A stretch of DNA of 64,000 bases from Octopus vulgaris (taxonomy: Eukaryota), in NCBI GenBank assembly GCA_951406725.2, contig OX597817.1:33790001-33854000 (forward strand), given 5' to 3'. Numbering within the stretch: the stretch's first letter is position 1; each line of letters opens with the position of its first letter. Below the pieces are notes generated by a model. That model saw only the letters and a program-made list of their open reading frames with translations, searched no databases and was not told the DNA's origin. The position numbers and the translations under genes are program-made. Positions 1-13,100 of the stretch are shown here, in pieces.

Positions 1-188
1 TAATAAAATCTAATCATAAGTAAGTGAAATTATGCTAAATACAACTAAATTGAAAACCTTTTTCCCTTGGCCATATCAGCAATTTCTCAAAACTTTGGGG
101 TGCAAATTTTACATGAGTAACAAATTTTATCCTGAAAATCACCCACATAAATTACACAGGTGCACAAATTACACAGGTTTTTACAGTA
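1..188. mobile_element. Terminus of a pogo/Tigger-like TIR element or MITE
   Basis: Ends ...ggtgcacaaattacacaggtttttacagta, resembling the TIR type of the MITE at 12021-12521. The other end is not in the window. Confidence 0.4.
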
Positions 189-573
189 CTCTCTTAAGTC
201 TCCTCTACTGCCTCTGAAGACTTTTTACTACACAACTCCCAGCACGTCTTCCAATGTTATTTTCCATTCATATTGCCATGTCTAAACTAGTGTGAACTTC
301 TCTTTTGTACAATTTGTTATTATTTTTGAAATATTAATTAATTTCGTAATTCATATCCGTTCAGCAATTCTCCCAATTAGAATTTCAAGTCAAATCCAGT
401 TACATTCAGTTAATTATTCTCTTGTCACTGCAGATACAGACCCTGTTTTACTTGCATATAGCATCAAACTTCATACTTTTGTTCCAATAGAGTTTTCCTT
501 CATATGCAGAGAAGAAAAAACAAAAAAAAAACCTTCATTTTTCAACAGTTCACAAATCATCTTTTAATATTAA

Positions 574-877
574 CTAGCAGTATCGCCCGGCGTTGCTCGG
601 GTTTATAAGGGAAATAACTATATAAGCATTTTTAGAGAGTTACTTCCCTTATATAAACCGAGCAAAAAATGCATTAAAAAACGAAAAAAATGATGGTAAA
701 TTTTTTTTAAATCGTAGATTCATCGTAGACGCGCACTAATACCCAGAAGGGCTCAATATGAATCACGACTATAAGATACCCACTTTTGGTTAAACTGCAC
801 CGCAAAATGTGGGAGTAGTTAGGAATCTAAATCGGAGAAGACAGACTCTCACACAACTTCAGTTTTATATATAAAGA
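574..877 (-). mobile_element. Non-autonomous Helitron (family H1)
   Basis: 5' A|TCTTTATATATAAA, 3' hairpin CCCGAGCAACGCCGGG then CTAG|T; same family as 57651-58187 and 58784-59184. Confidence 0.85.
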
Positions 878-885
878 TATCTAGT

Positions 886-1100
886 AAAGAGTGGTGAGCT
901 GGCCAGAACGTTAACATGCTGAGCAAAATGCTTAGCACATTTCGTATGTCTTCATGTTCTAAGTTCAAATTCTGCTGAAGCTAACTTAGCCTTTCATCCT
1001 TTCAGGGTTGATGAAATATGTACCAGTTAAAAACTGGTGTCGATATAATTGACTTACACCCTCCCCCAAAGTTGCTGGCTTTGTGTCAAAATTTGAAATC
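886..1100 (+). mobile_element. SINE with Meta-like central domain (family B), CpG-decayed
   Basis: gagctggccagaacgttaac head and gcctttcatcctttcagggttgatgaaatatgtacc domain. Confidence 0.8.
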
Positions 1101-1550
1101 AATCTTAATACCTAGTAATATACAAATAATTCCACCTTCATAAATCCATTACTGACCATATTATCTATATGGCAGAATTTATCTGCAATTCATAGCAATT
1201 CATTTAAATTGTTCATAGTCTTTTGTTCATCAATGTTGACACAGCTGGCTATTATGGTATATCTAGCACACTTGAAATTTGATGCCCTGTCAATCTATCA
1301 TCCAACAGCATTTTTAGTGTAATTACTGTCCAGATTAGCTACATAGTTCATATTTACATCCTTTTCTGGCACACAACACAAGATCACATGAAGCATTCTA
1401 GACCCAACCAGACTGCAAAGAATAGTACCTAATCAAAAACATCTAGGTCAATAAATGAAAAATTCCAAGAAGTATATGAATGCCCTAAATGGCTGATAGG
1501 AACATAAGATATTTAACAAATGTTATGGCTTTTATTTTATATATCATAAA

Positions 1551-2037
1551 CTAGCTTAAGGTGATCCGCTCTACGTGCGGGTGAGGGTGTGGTTGTTACT
1601 TTCTGTTTCTTATCACCACACTCTCCCTCTTTGTTTCTCTCTCCTTTCTCTCTCACTTTCCCACTCTCTTACTCTTCCTTTCTCTCGGACTCTCCCTCGC
1701 TTTCTATTACTCTCTATCTTTCTCTATCTATTTCTCTCCCATTTATAAACATTAGATTTCCATGCTTAAATTAAAAATCTGCTTCTGTTGAAAATTTGAT
1801 TGAAATCGGGCAAAAGGTGTCCAATCTAGACCCCCAAGTGTCACCAAAAATCAATAAAATCCCCATTTTCATACCAAAGCAACTACTGTAGCGCCCCCAA
1901 AACGTCTCCCAATCAATTTCTCACCTCAAGTTACCCCCTCCTGTAAATTTTAATCTCCTTCCAGCCCCATTTAGACCCCTTTTTACATAAAAATCCAATT
2001 TGTATCGACGTTTGCCTTCTTCATTTTATAAATTAGA
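1551..2037 (-). mobile_element. Non-autonomous Helitron-like element (family H2) with internal CT-rich microsatellite
   Basis: Minus strand starts TCTAATTTATAAAATG and ends with hairpin ccgcacgtagagcgg followed by CTAG|T. Confidence 0.6.
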
Positions 2038-2218
2038 TAAGATTTTACTTGATACTGATGAAAGACTGTACAAGACAAGCAAGCAACTGCCAGAAAAGAC
2101 GTCTCAAATAAAACACAACATTGGATTTTATTAATTTCATATATTTAAGTTTACACATGAAATAATTGTTCTAATAAGACTTTCAAGTCAAATAAAAAAA
2201 AAAGAAAAAACAACTCAC

Positions 2219-2286
2219 TGCTTTTCCTTTCAATTCTGTAGCAGCAGCAGAAAATTCTGGTTTTAACCTTTTACAAAAACCACACC
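2219..2286 (-). CDS. PDIA5: PDIA5 exon 8 (68 nt, W-CGFC-KRLKPEFSAAATELKGKA; thioredoxin active site)
   Basis: Acceptor tttgtag, donor GCA|gtgagt, CxxC motif. Confidence 0.96.
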
Positions 2287-4138
2287 CTACAAATCAAGTA
2301 GAAGATATAAAAATTTTAGGTAAATCCATTCAAATAAATATCAATTTCTCTCATTGACACAAGATCACAGCTTTATAAAGAAGTAGTAGGGAAAATAGAA
2401 TCAACCCCAGTATAGGTCTGGAATTAAATTCTTTTTTTTTTTTTTTTCCAATTCCAGAGAGATGAAAAGCAAAACCAGTTCAAATGAGGTTTGAACACAA
2501 CTAAATATTGCAAAGTAATTTGTCTGATGTTGTACCATTTCTGCCACTGGTTTTCCAGTCAGTCAGACAAATAAACATTAGTAAAACTTGACAATTCAAG
2601 ATAGATGCAGTTAAATAAATATTTGAAGTAACTAGCTAATCAGACTGAATCAAAATTGTTATTATTTACTTTTGTTATTTATCTTTCTCCAAAGACAATC
2701 TTTCAATGTAAATTTAAAATACCGTTGTTGCTAGACAGGCATAAAATGTTAACAAAATTTTAAAAATTTGATTTGACAACTGTTATAGAGAAATACCTGT
2801 TAAAAGTATCAATACAAAAATAAAATAAAAATACAAGTATTCTAAAAAAAAATCATCAATAACATTAAATAGAAATTTAATAATACATCAATTTCTCTGG
2901 ACATACCAGTTGTGAAATAGAAATATTTGACTCTGGTTTATGAAGAAATTATTGAACAATAGTTTTTAAACAAGAACATTCAAGTTTAAGCTTTATTCAT
3001 TTTTTTCTTTCTCTTTTCTTTTCCTTACCAGATTAGAAGGTTTCTGTTCATTGACTGAAGAGACTCTATAAGAATAGAAATATCATCAAGCATTAAAGGG
3101 TTGGATTAGTGCAGTGAATTCTTTGCTTAAACTTCTGCAGATTAAATGCTGGCAGGATGGGAAAACATTCAAAGTTAATGATTATAATGTAATGTTACAG
3201 GAGAGAAACTGTATGTGCAGTTGAGTAGAAAGAGAGGCAGACAGAGAGCAAGAGAAAAGGGAGGATAAAATTTACAGCATGATGATTCCAATAGAAGATA
3301 CTGGAATCATAGTAATAGTAAAGCTACAATAAAAAAATAAAAAACTTAATAGCAGTGAAACTGGAGGCAATTCACACTCCTTTCAAACTGCTCTACTCAA
3401 TAAAGTGAAAAAAAAAATAGTAAATACTGATGCCTAATGAAATCATCATCATCATCGTTTAATGTCCGCTTTCCATGCTAGCATGGGTTGGACGGTTCAA
3501 CTGGGGTCTGGGAAGCCCAAAGGCTGCACCAGGCCAGTCAGATCTGGCAGAGTTTCTACAGCTGGATGCCTTTCCTATCGCCAACCACTCCGAGAGTGTA
3601 GTGGGTGCTTTTTATGTGCCACCGACACAGGTGCCAGACGAGGCTAGCGAACGGCCACGCTCGGATGGTGTTTTTTATGTGCCACCGACACAGGTGCCAG
3701 ACGAGGCTGGCGAACAGCCACGCTCGGATGGTGTTTTTTATGTGCCAGACGAGGCTGGCGAACGGCCACGCTCGGATGGTGTTCCATGAAATATTTAAAG
3801 TATTACAGAGTGTTCATTGGATGAAAATTAGGGTCCATTATAAGTTGTTATAATATTGTAAAATAACTATTCAGTTAAGTTATAATAACCAAACAAATTT
3901 ACCACAAAATAATATTAATACATATATAAATTTATATGCACACATTTCCATTTTAGAAATGTGAGTTAGGTTTCAATACCATTGATTATGTGGTTTGTTA
4001 CGCAGAATTATTTATTACTGAGCAAAATGTTCAGAAGTGACTCATCAATACAAAGAGTGATTGACATGTTCAGCAAGTGAGAGAGGATTGACTCAATAAA
4101 CGACTTGCTTCATTCTGCTTCACCATGTTCATGTACGT

Positions 4139-4188
<50 letters not shown>

Positions 4189-7100
4189 ATGCATGTGTGT
4201 GCATGTGTGTGTGTATGTATGTGCCTGATAAACATTTAATTTGAACTTATGAAAATTTTAATACTTTTAATTATAACACTTACAATGTTTGCATATGTTT
4301 TCTATTACAGTTTTTGTTAACTCTTATTATTGTATAAAACCATATCACAGATTCAGAATACCATTCAGGAAGATCAGAAAACACTCTAGTTTGAATCTTT
4401 GATTGTTGACCTTTTTCATTCCTTCTATCTTGAAAATTGCTTCTTTTCAATATGCAAAAAGGTTAATTAACCCTTTAGCATTTAATCTGGCCATATCCGG
4501 CTCAAATATTCTACCTGTTTTATGTTAAAACTGTCTTGATCCAACCTCTCACACCTACCCTACAATGTCATTTTAAAAATATATAGCCACACCATTTAAA
4601 TTTTGAAGTTGCAAAATAATATGTGATTAATTCAAAACAGTATGAATAAATAAAGCAATAAATTTCACAAAGAAATCTGAATGCTAAAGGGTTAAGTAAG
4701 GAGTTATATTTCATATAACCAGCCCTGGTAACATAAGGGTGCTACTTTCCTTGGACCTGGAGAGTTGACAAGCAAAGTTAGCTCAGGCGATATTAAAGAC
4801 TCTAGACAGTTAACTAAACACCATAAACAATTTTATTTGATACACTATTATAGCCTTGGACAATTTAACCTTTACACCAACTCTGGTAACAAAAATTTAA
4901 AAAAAAACAACAAAAATAAAAATTAGTATGAAACATAATAAACAGGTTTATAATAGGTTCTTTTGGTTAGACACAAGACCAATTGTGATTAATGGGAACG
5001 GACATAGTACTCTATATTAATCTTACTATTCTGCTGGTATTTATACTGAGGGAGTCACAAGTCATACGGTCTACTAGAAATAGCAACCAAATCTTCTTCA
5101 TATCCTGTACTGTCATTTTCAATAAAAGAAAGGTATTTGATAAAGTCCAAGATAAATCATTCTTCGAAATAATTACAGGATGGCAATAGCCTAAATGTCT
5201 TTGATTATAGGTGTGCTTGAGCTCATAAGCAACCTGGGGCTAAACAACATCTAAAGATAGTGAATGTTATAGTATTGTTATAATAAATACTGATACAGAT
5301 GTCTTCATCATGTAAAAAGATAACAATCGCGTTAGTAAAAGATTAGTAATAGTTGGATTACTAGAGGATTAGTAAAAGCATTAGTAATAGCATAAAATAA
5401 AATAGACTTTTGAAATAAAAGGAAAGAAAAGAGCTAAGAAATGCCAATGTTTTCAAAATGATTGATAATTTTTAACAACAAAATAAAATTACTTTAAAGC
5501 ATTATTTAAATACCATTTAGGGATTAACAACTGAAAAGTTTTTTTATTTAGAAATGACTTGTTTTGCTATTATCTTTCTAGAAAGCTCTGTTCTCTTCTT
5601 TATATGCAAGAACCATCCATAGAAGTAACAAAAATGTTGAACTATTCTCAAGCCCTACTTACAAGGTGCGTAGAACATAAGCAGCATTGGCAGCCTTTGT
5701 TTCTTCAACATTTTGTTAAGTTTCTGAAACAAAAGCAACACTTGTATCTAATTAATCCAATACAGAGATATTAAGAAAGATGTTTTAAAAGATATCCCAT
5801 AGAAGTTGTAAAACTATGCTAATTAGATTCAATGGATGCTTGTTCCAAGTGATGATGGGCAATTTTAACCAAAATATTACAACTACCAAACTGTAAATGG
5901 TAAATGGTATTACCTGTTTTTCACCTTCAATACTCCAATAGTTCAATACTTCAATAAGCCCTACTATTATCCTAAGTTAAACTATATATCCTAATTCTGT
6001 TGTGCCTGGGGAGAGTCATTTTCTTTTTGTGCCTTATAATGTAACACACTCACCGGTAAAATTTCCACTTATTTCTTATTTTTATTTTCCTAAAATTTTC
6101 GTTGCGTCTTGCAACCTTTTCAATAGTTTTGACTCTCCAAAAACAAAATATATATCCTAAGTTAAACTATATACTTTTATCCTATATACTTTTTACCTGA
6201 TTTTATGATTCTTTACTTTTCTTTTAATATAAAACCTTCTTTGCTGATTTATTCAACATACTCCACAACTCATTGTCAATTGATAGTTAAAAACAAAATA
6301 AATGCAATCTATTTAACAGTTAGTAGCTATCCTAAGTCTTCTTACCTCACCTTGCCTAACACACAAATACTAATCTTACATAATTGAACGATATAAAAAG
6401 TGCCCATTTATAGAACAATTTTGCACACAAAAACCAAACTATTCAGGCTTGCATTGAAAAGTTGATTTAACAGAGAATATATTATTTTATATTTTTCTGG
6501 TTTCCTTCCCTGATAAGAAACACTAGAATCTAATTGACTGTTTAAAGTATTAACAAAAGCATTATACCTGTCCAACTAATGACAGCACATAATATGTCTT
6601 TTATTTTTACTTGTTTTAGTCATTAGACTGTGGCCATGCTAGGGCACTGCCTTGAAGAGTTTTTAGTCAAACAAATGAACCCCAGTATTTTTTTAAAGTC
6701 TGGTACTTATTTTATTGGTCTCTTTTACCAAACTGCCAAATTTCAGGATGTAAACAAACCAACACCAGTTTTCAAGCAGTGGGGGCGGACACACACACAC
6801 ACATTCAATGAGATTCTTTCAGTTTCCGTCTGTCAAATCCACTCACAAGGCTTTGGTTGGCCTGAGACTGTAGTAGAAGACCCTTGCCCAAGGTGTCATG
6901 CAGTGGAGCTGAACCAGAACCATGTGGTTGGGAAGCAAGCTTCTTACTACACAGCCATGCCTGCACATATGTGAACTTTCACAAAGTTTCCGCTGAATTT
7001 TATTTGCCTAAGTGAAGCACATTGCTTCAACATTATACAAGCATACAAACTAAAGAAACCCAGCGAACTCATGCTAATAGAGGAAACAAGGAATACAAAA

Positions 7101-10100
7101 CAGTAAAAGGAAAAAAAAACAAAAGTGTTGTAACCTAAATATAGATGTGATTGCATTTTTAAATATAGAGTATAATGAAAAATATAACTTTGTAGACCAA
7201 GCTAATCTAAATCAAATATGAGAAAATGATTATTCTTTTATAACACATTGGACTACATTTAAACTTTCAACAGAATGTGAAATAACTGTTTCAGAGGTAG
7301 AATTACAAGTCTAACTTTGTAACAGATTTTGGTAATTATTATTCCACAGCAATGGAAATGGAGAATAAATTGCATATATAATTGAATAAAAGTAGTTTGA
7401 TACATTTTAAGTATGAATTAACTCCTTGTTTAGAGTGTGTGACATTCCTTGTTTAGAGAAGAATTAACTCCAGAATTAAATCACCAAGTTACTTATGAAT
7501 ACCCAGCCGATTTTTTTTTTAAATTGTTTCTTCTAGTTAGTATCTCCATTGATTCTTTTCCAAATTCTTTGACAATACAACTGAACCTATCTTTTGAAAG
7601 CAATCTTTAATCAAACTGCTAGATTTTCAATCAAAAGCTGGTTATTTGTTGTTGACATGCTATGATACTGGTCTTTTGGTGATATGTCTATAATTGTTGG
7701 TTATCATGTTTTAAGGGAGTTTCAACAACCATCATTCTAGTTTTTACTTGGCTTCTTGTTCTAGCTTGTAAACTACTTTGTAGAAGACTATTTCTCTTCT
7801 TAATCTATAAAACCACAACATTAAATCAGATGCAAGTATGGTCATGAAGTTAAAAAGTTGTGGTTTTGGGTCCAATCTCACTGTGCCATAATTTGGGATA
7901 TTATCTTTTGTTATAATCCCAAATCAAGCAAAAATTTGGAAATGAAACCGGGTAGATGGAAACTGTGTAGAATACCATCACATAAAGTACACCTATTCTT
8001 TGGTAGTATGCTTAAAACATTACCCAGTTTAACACTTCTGTGTATATCTTTAGTGGAACCCATTTTGTTACAAGCATTTCAACTGGATCTATGATCTGAG
8101 AATCAGTTTTTTTTCACTTCCCTTCCTTCAATAATTTTGGAAATTTTGAAAAAAAATTATAAATGCTTCCCTCTCTTTTTGGCTAAGACATAAAAAACAC
8201 TATGAGAAGTATAACAGTTCTTATCTTGTGACAGAACAGAAGACTAGGAGAGTTTTCTCTCCTAATAGTTTTCAAAGACATCTTTTTTATTCTCTTCTAA
8301 ACTTTCCCACAGTGGTTAATGTCTGGTGCTAAATGATATGTCTAAAGATTATCTATGTCACCAGGATTTAGCTTTACATTGTTTATCGTACTCTTCAATA
8401 GGATTTTAATTATTATCAGAAAATTAACTTACCATAGTTACGTTTTCTGTAGTTATTCTGTTTTACAAGTGACTAACAATATAGTATACAACGTATAACA
8501 AGGTTGCACAAGTTATAAAAATGTAACAAACGAAATCATAAATAAATAACACAATATTACTACATTAATAAAATAAATAATCAGCAAACAAAATATTAAA
8601 AATAAAAGAAAAATTATAGTAAATCATAGCTTCAATGTTACCACATTCAAGTCAGTGCCAAGCTGATCCCTACACAGATTATCTACTCTAAACTCTCCAA
8701 CATATGATTTAAAAGATATTGTACCACTATGACTTGGTAGCTACTGAGCTCCTGGCACTTGTTGCACCAGATCAATACAGCTTTGAAGGACAAGAGGGTG
8801 GGACTGGCTCTACATAAACCATGCCCACTATAATATCTTCTGAGGATAATTAATATATAGATAGCTAATAATGAGAGAGGAGAAAATATGTCGCATCTTG
8901 TGACCTCCATCTCTCTTTCTCTTATTCCTAATCTATTTATTAACTACCATCAGAAAACATTTTATTGCCCCCTCGAAACAAGGGTCTGACCAAAAACGTT
9001 AGACTTTCTCTTTTCTGCACAGCAAAGCAATTTATTCCTTTTCTGAACAGTTTGTATTCCTATTTGCCACTTAAAATTGTCACTAGTTTTCTTTATTATG
9101 TTTTTACATAGCCTTGGTCCACTCTGACCGATTCAGATAGATGCATAGAAGTATATAGTCAAACACTTGCCTGCATGTCAAATGCAATCAGATAATTATA
9201 GTTACATTTGTGACCACCTACCCTAAGATAATTAATATATTTTATTTACTGACTTCAGAATACAGAGCATTAATCTTATTTACCTCCAGGATTTTACATA
9301 AACAAAAATAGACAGCTGTAATTTAAAGAAACTCTTTTAATTTAAAGAAACTCTTTTAATTTGGCTTTATAAACTATCTGCAAAATCAGTCACATTTTTA
9401 AGCTAATAAGCAGGAAATCATTTCTTTAAAAAGAAAATGAATAGTAGAATATTTCTAAGAAAGCTAAATAAACATGACCTAAAAAAGTTCAGTGAAAAGT
9501 AGACATGTTCCTTACACACAGCATATGTAATTAATACGTTCTATCTAACCTGTTCACTCTCTACGTGGACGATGTTTTCAGCTTCTGGGTCTTCATCCCA
9601 TGGAATATCTCCTTTAGGATCTTGAAGAAACTTTATCATTGACTGAAAAGGAATTTTTTAAAAAAGGTTTAAATAAAAGAAAAATAAATAACTAAAAGGA
9701 AAGTTAGCAGCAAAATATAAATCACAAACAACTATGTAATACCCAGATTCAACAGACTTATTTACAAGAAACTAAATCACTGATGTTTAATTACTCAGAG
9801 AAAGATAATACGCACTTTTGAAAAGTTGTGGTGCACCTGAGCACTGTATACAATAATTTCATTATTATTATTATTATTTTATATAATAAAACTTGCAAAG
9901 CTAATTCTGAAGTAGTATTGGATATAAACAAACTTTAGGTTAGTTAAAATATATTTGTGAAATATTTTAACTTTTAAAGGCAAATTCAATGCAGTTATTA
10001 TAGAGAAAAAATTCTTTCTTATGGTAGATGCAAAAACACCATATTTGCCAAGTACTTCACACTAAATGGTGATTTCACACTTTTTACCATGAGAGAGAAC

Positions 10101-13100
10101 ATTTTTTTCTTCATGGAAGCTGCAGTGAATTTGCCTTTAAAAGTTGAAATATGCCACAAACATATTTTAACTAACTTAAAGTTCTTTTATTCCTAGTCAC
10201 TGTTTGGCACTAATGCAGTTATTTTTATTGGATATGTTTACAAGTAAAGAAAAAGGCTTAAGCACCTTGATACTCAACTAGTTTGGATGGAAAACATGGT
10301 ATTCTCTTTTTATGAAACACTTAAGTATCACAAATAAAAAAACAAAAACAGCTGAGAAGAAGACTCATCAAGCTGAGCAAAATCGCAGTTGTGGCAGATA
10401 CTGGTGTCACACAAATTGGCACCCATGCTGATGGCACATAAAAGCACTCCGGTGTCACACAAATAGCACTTGTGCTGGTGCCACATAAAAGTACACATTA
10501 CACTCTCTGAGTGGTTGGCATTAGGAAGGGCATCCAGCTGTAGAAAACCATACCAAATCAGAGATGAGTCTGGTGCAGCCTTCCAGCATGCCAACCCAGC
10601 CAAACTATCCAACCCATGCCAGCATGGACAATGGACGTTAGATGATGATGATGATAGTGATGATGAAATGCAAATTTAATGAGGTTTAACTATTAAATAT
10701 CTACAGAGATACCAAAAGGTGTGTTTTGCCTGCATGCCACGAGGCTATAAAAGAAGATACTCCCTCAAGGTATCTGACAGTGGGATCAACTCCAGAACCT
10801 TGTGGTGTGAAACAAACATCTTAACCATGCAGTCATGTCTGCTTGCAGCAGTGATCTAACCTAATTATGCTACTTATTTACAGCTGGGTCATAGAATGTT
10901 CAAGTGTAACCTACCATTTCTACTCCTCTAAACCTACATGCCTTATGGAATAACTAATCACTGTACTAAACATTTTGCATTCTTTCTTTGTAAGAATTGC
11001 AGCCCGGCCCATATATTTGTTGCAGATGTTGAAATTTTTAAACTAAAAATAAGGCCCCTTTTTAAAGTGGTGGGGTTATAACAAATTTGTGTCATTCATT
11101 TACCTTAGAAAGATAAAAAGCAACCCCAAGGGGATCATCATCGTTTAACATCCAATTTCCATGCTGGCATGGGTTGGATGGTTTGACTGAGGGCTGATAA
11201 GCCAGCAGTCTGCACCAGGCTCCAATCTGATCAGGCAAAATTTCTACAGCTGGATGCCCTTCCTAACACTAACCACTCCAAGAGTGTAGTGAGTGTTTTT
11301 TATGTTCCACCGGCACAGGGGCCAGCCAGGCAGTACTGGCATCGACCACACTTGAATGGTGCTTTTTACATGCCACCTGCACGGGAACCTATCAAGCAAC
11401 ACTGGCAATGACCACACTCAAATAGTGCTTTTTATGTGCCACCGGCATGGGAGCCAGTCCAGTGGGATTGGCTAAAACTCAAAAGTATGAAGCACAAAAA
11501 CAAACATCATTAACGCCAAGTGCTTAACTGTCTGGACTACAGTAATTTGAAACAATTTAAACCAAATTTTATCTGAATTAATATTCTCCCAATATAGAAC
11601 CTTTCCAATACAGAAGAAACCCATAGGAAATTGTCATGCATTCAAGCCTTCAGGATTAATTTCAGAATGTGTGTTTATACAACAAAATATCAAGAAAATC
11701 TAAAACAATCAAACAGCATTATTTTCTTTTTAGTTACAATAGCAATAGTAATTTGTACAGTCTTCTTGTATTGTTTCGCTTTAAATAAAATAAACACACT
11801 TACTTTTACAGTTAACTTGCGGTCATAGTTTCGATTAAATTCTCCATCACTGATAAAATAAAAACAAAGAACTTACTAACAACATAGTATAAGTAGCTTC
11901 CTTAAAGCTACCTTTTAGGGATTTGGTCTCAGCACTGTAATTGTTTCAGTACAGCGACCAACACAAATCATAACATACCTCTGTTCATAATCAGAACACA
12001 TATGAATGAGGGAAAATGTATACCATAAATCCTCGAGTATAGTCCGCCCTTGAGTATAATACGCAGGGGATTTTTAGGGGGCTGTACCTCTGAAAAACCT
12101 AAACCCTGTGTATAATACGCACCCCTTCTCTAACTTGAGTCAAGGAGATCTATATAACATCCTTGGTTTGTAAAAATGTATACGGTAACGTACTATATTA
12201 TTATTGTATATATAACATAATGCCAACGTGTAGCATTTTTGTGCATTTTGTTTGCAGAAAATAAAGAAATAACAGTAATAACGTTTAATAAATGTTGCTT
12301 ACTGCAAGTTATGGATGATTCTTTTATGATTTCATTGCTTTAAGGCTTAGCTTAAGGTATTTTTGTGTCCGACATCACAAAATGCGTCTGAATAAACATT
12401 GCCGGACAGCAAATAGAAACTCGAAAATTTTCATTTTTAACCTCGTATATAGTATGCACTAGGGATTTTTACCTTTAAATTTTGGGAAAAAAATGCAGAT
12501 TATACTCGAGGATTTATGGTAATTATAAACCAAAAGGTACTGTTATTTGGAAAGCATAGTTATGAAAGATTTATGATTATCACAAAATATTTCCTGTATC
12601 AAGTGCTAGCATTGTTTACAATAATATTGCTTGAAACATAAAATGAAACAGCAAATATTTGAACCTGCATATCACATATTCTTGAAACCAGTCATTCAAC
12701 CATAAAATGGAAGACGATGTTGGATATTGTCATTCTTAACAAACCAATCAACTGTGACATGGATACCAAGATAATTTTTCAGGTGGATTTCCTGAATGCA
12801 AGACCACTATACCTAAGAAAATTCATTTGAGTCATCGGATTTTGGCCATGCTGGGGCATTACCATGAACGGTTTAATCGAATGAATTGACCACATTACTT
12901 ACATTTAAAAACTGGTAGCTTATTCTGTTAGTCTCTTTTACTAAACCACTAAGCTATGGGGATATAAACCAATACCAAGTTTCAAGCACTGATGGAGGAC
13001 AAACACAGCACAAAGACACACACACACACACACACACACAAGGCTTTCTCACAGTTTCTTATTTCTTTATTGCACACAAGAGGCTAAACATAGCGGGGAC

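Larger units (their letters stand above)
190..1400 (-). mobile_element. Highly decayed RTE-like LINE remnant, interrupted by a Helitron and a SINE
   Basis: Minus-strand fragments IADKFCHIDNMVS (resembles VVDKFCYLGD) near 1155-1190 and MLYAS (resembles MLYGSETW) near 450-465; many stops. Confidence 0.4.

Noticed and set aside
1-2218. PDIA5 exon 9 within the window
   Set aside because: No minus-strand segment with splice sites encoding the expected VLAG...GFPT..YF peptide was found; the region is TE debris.
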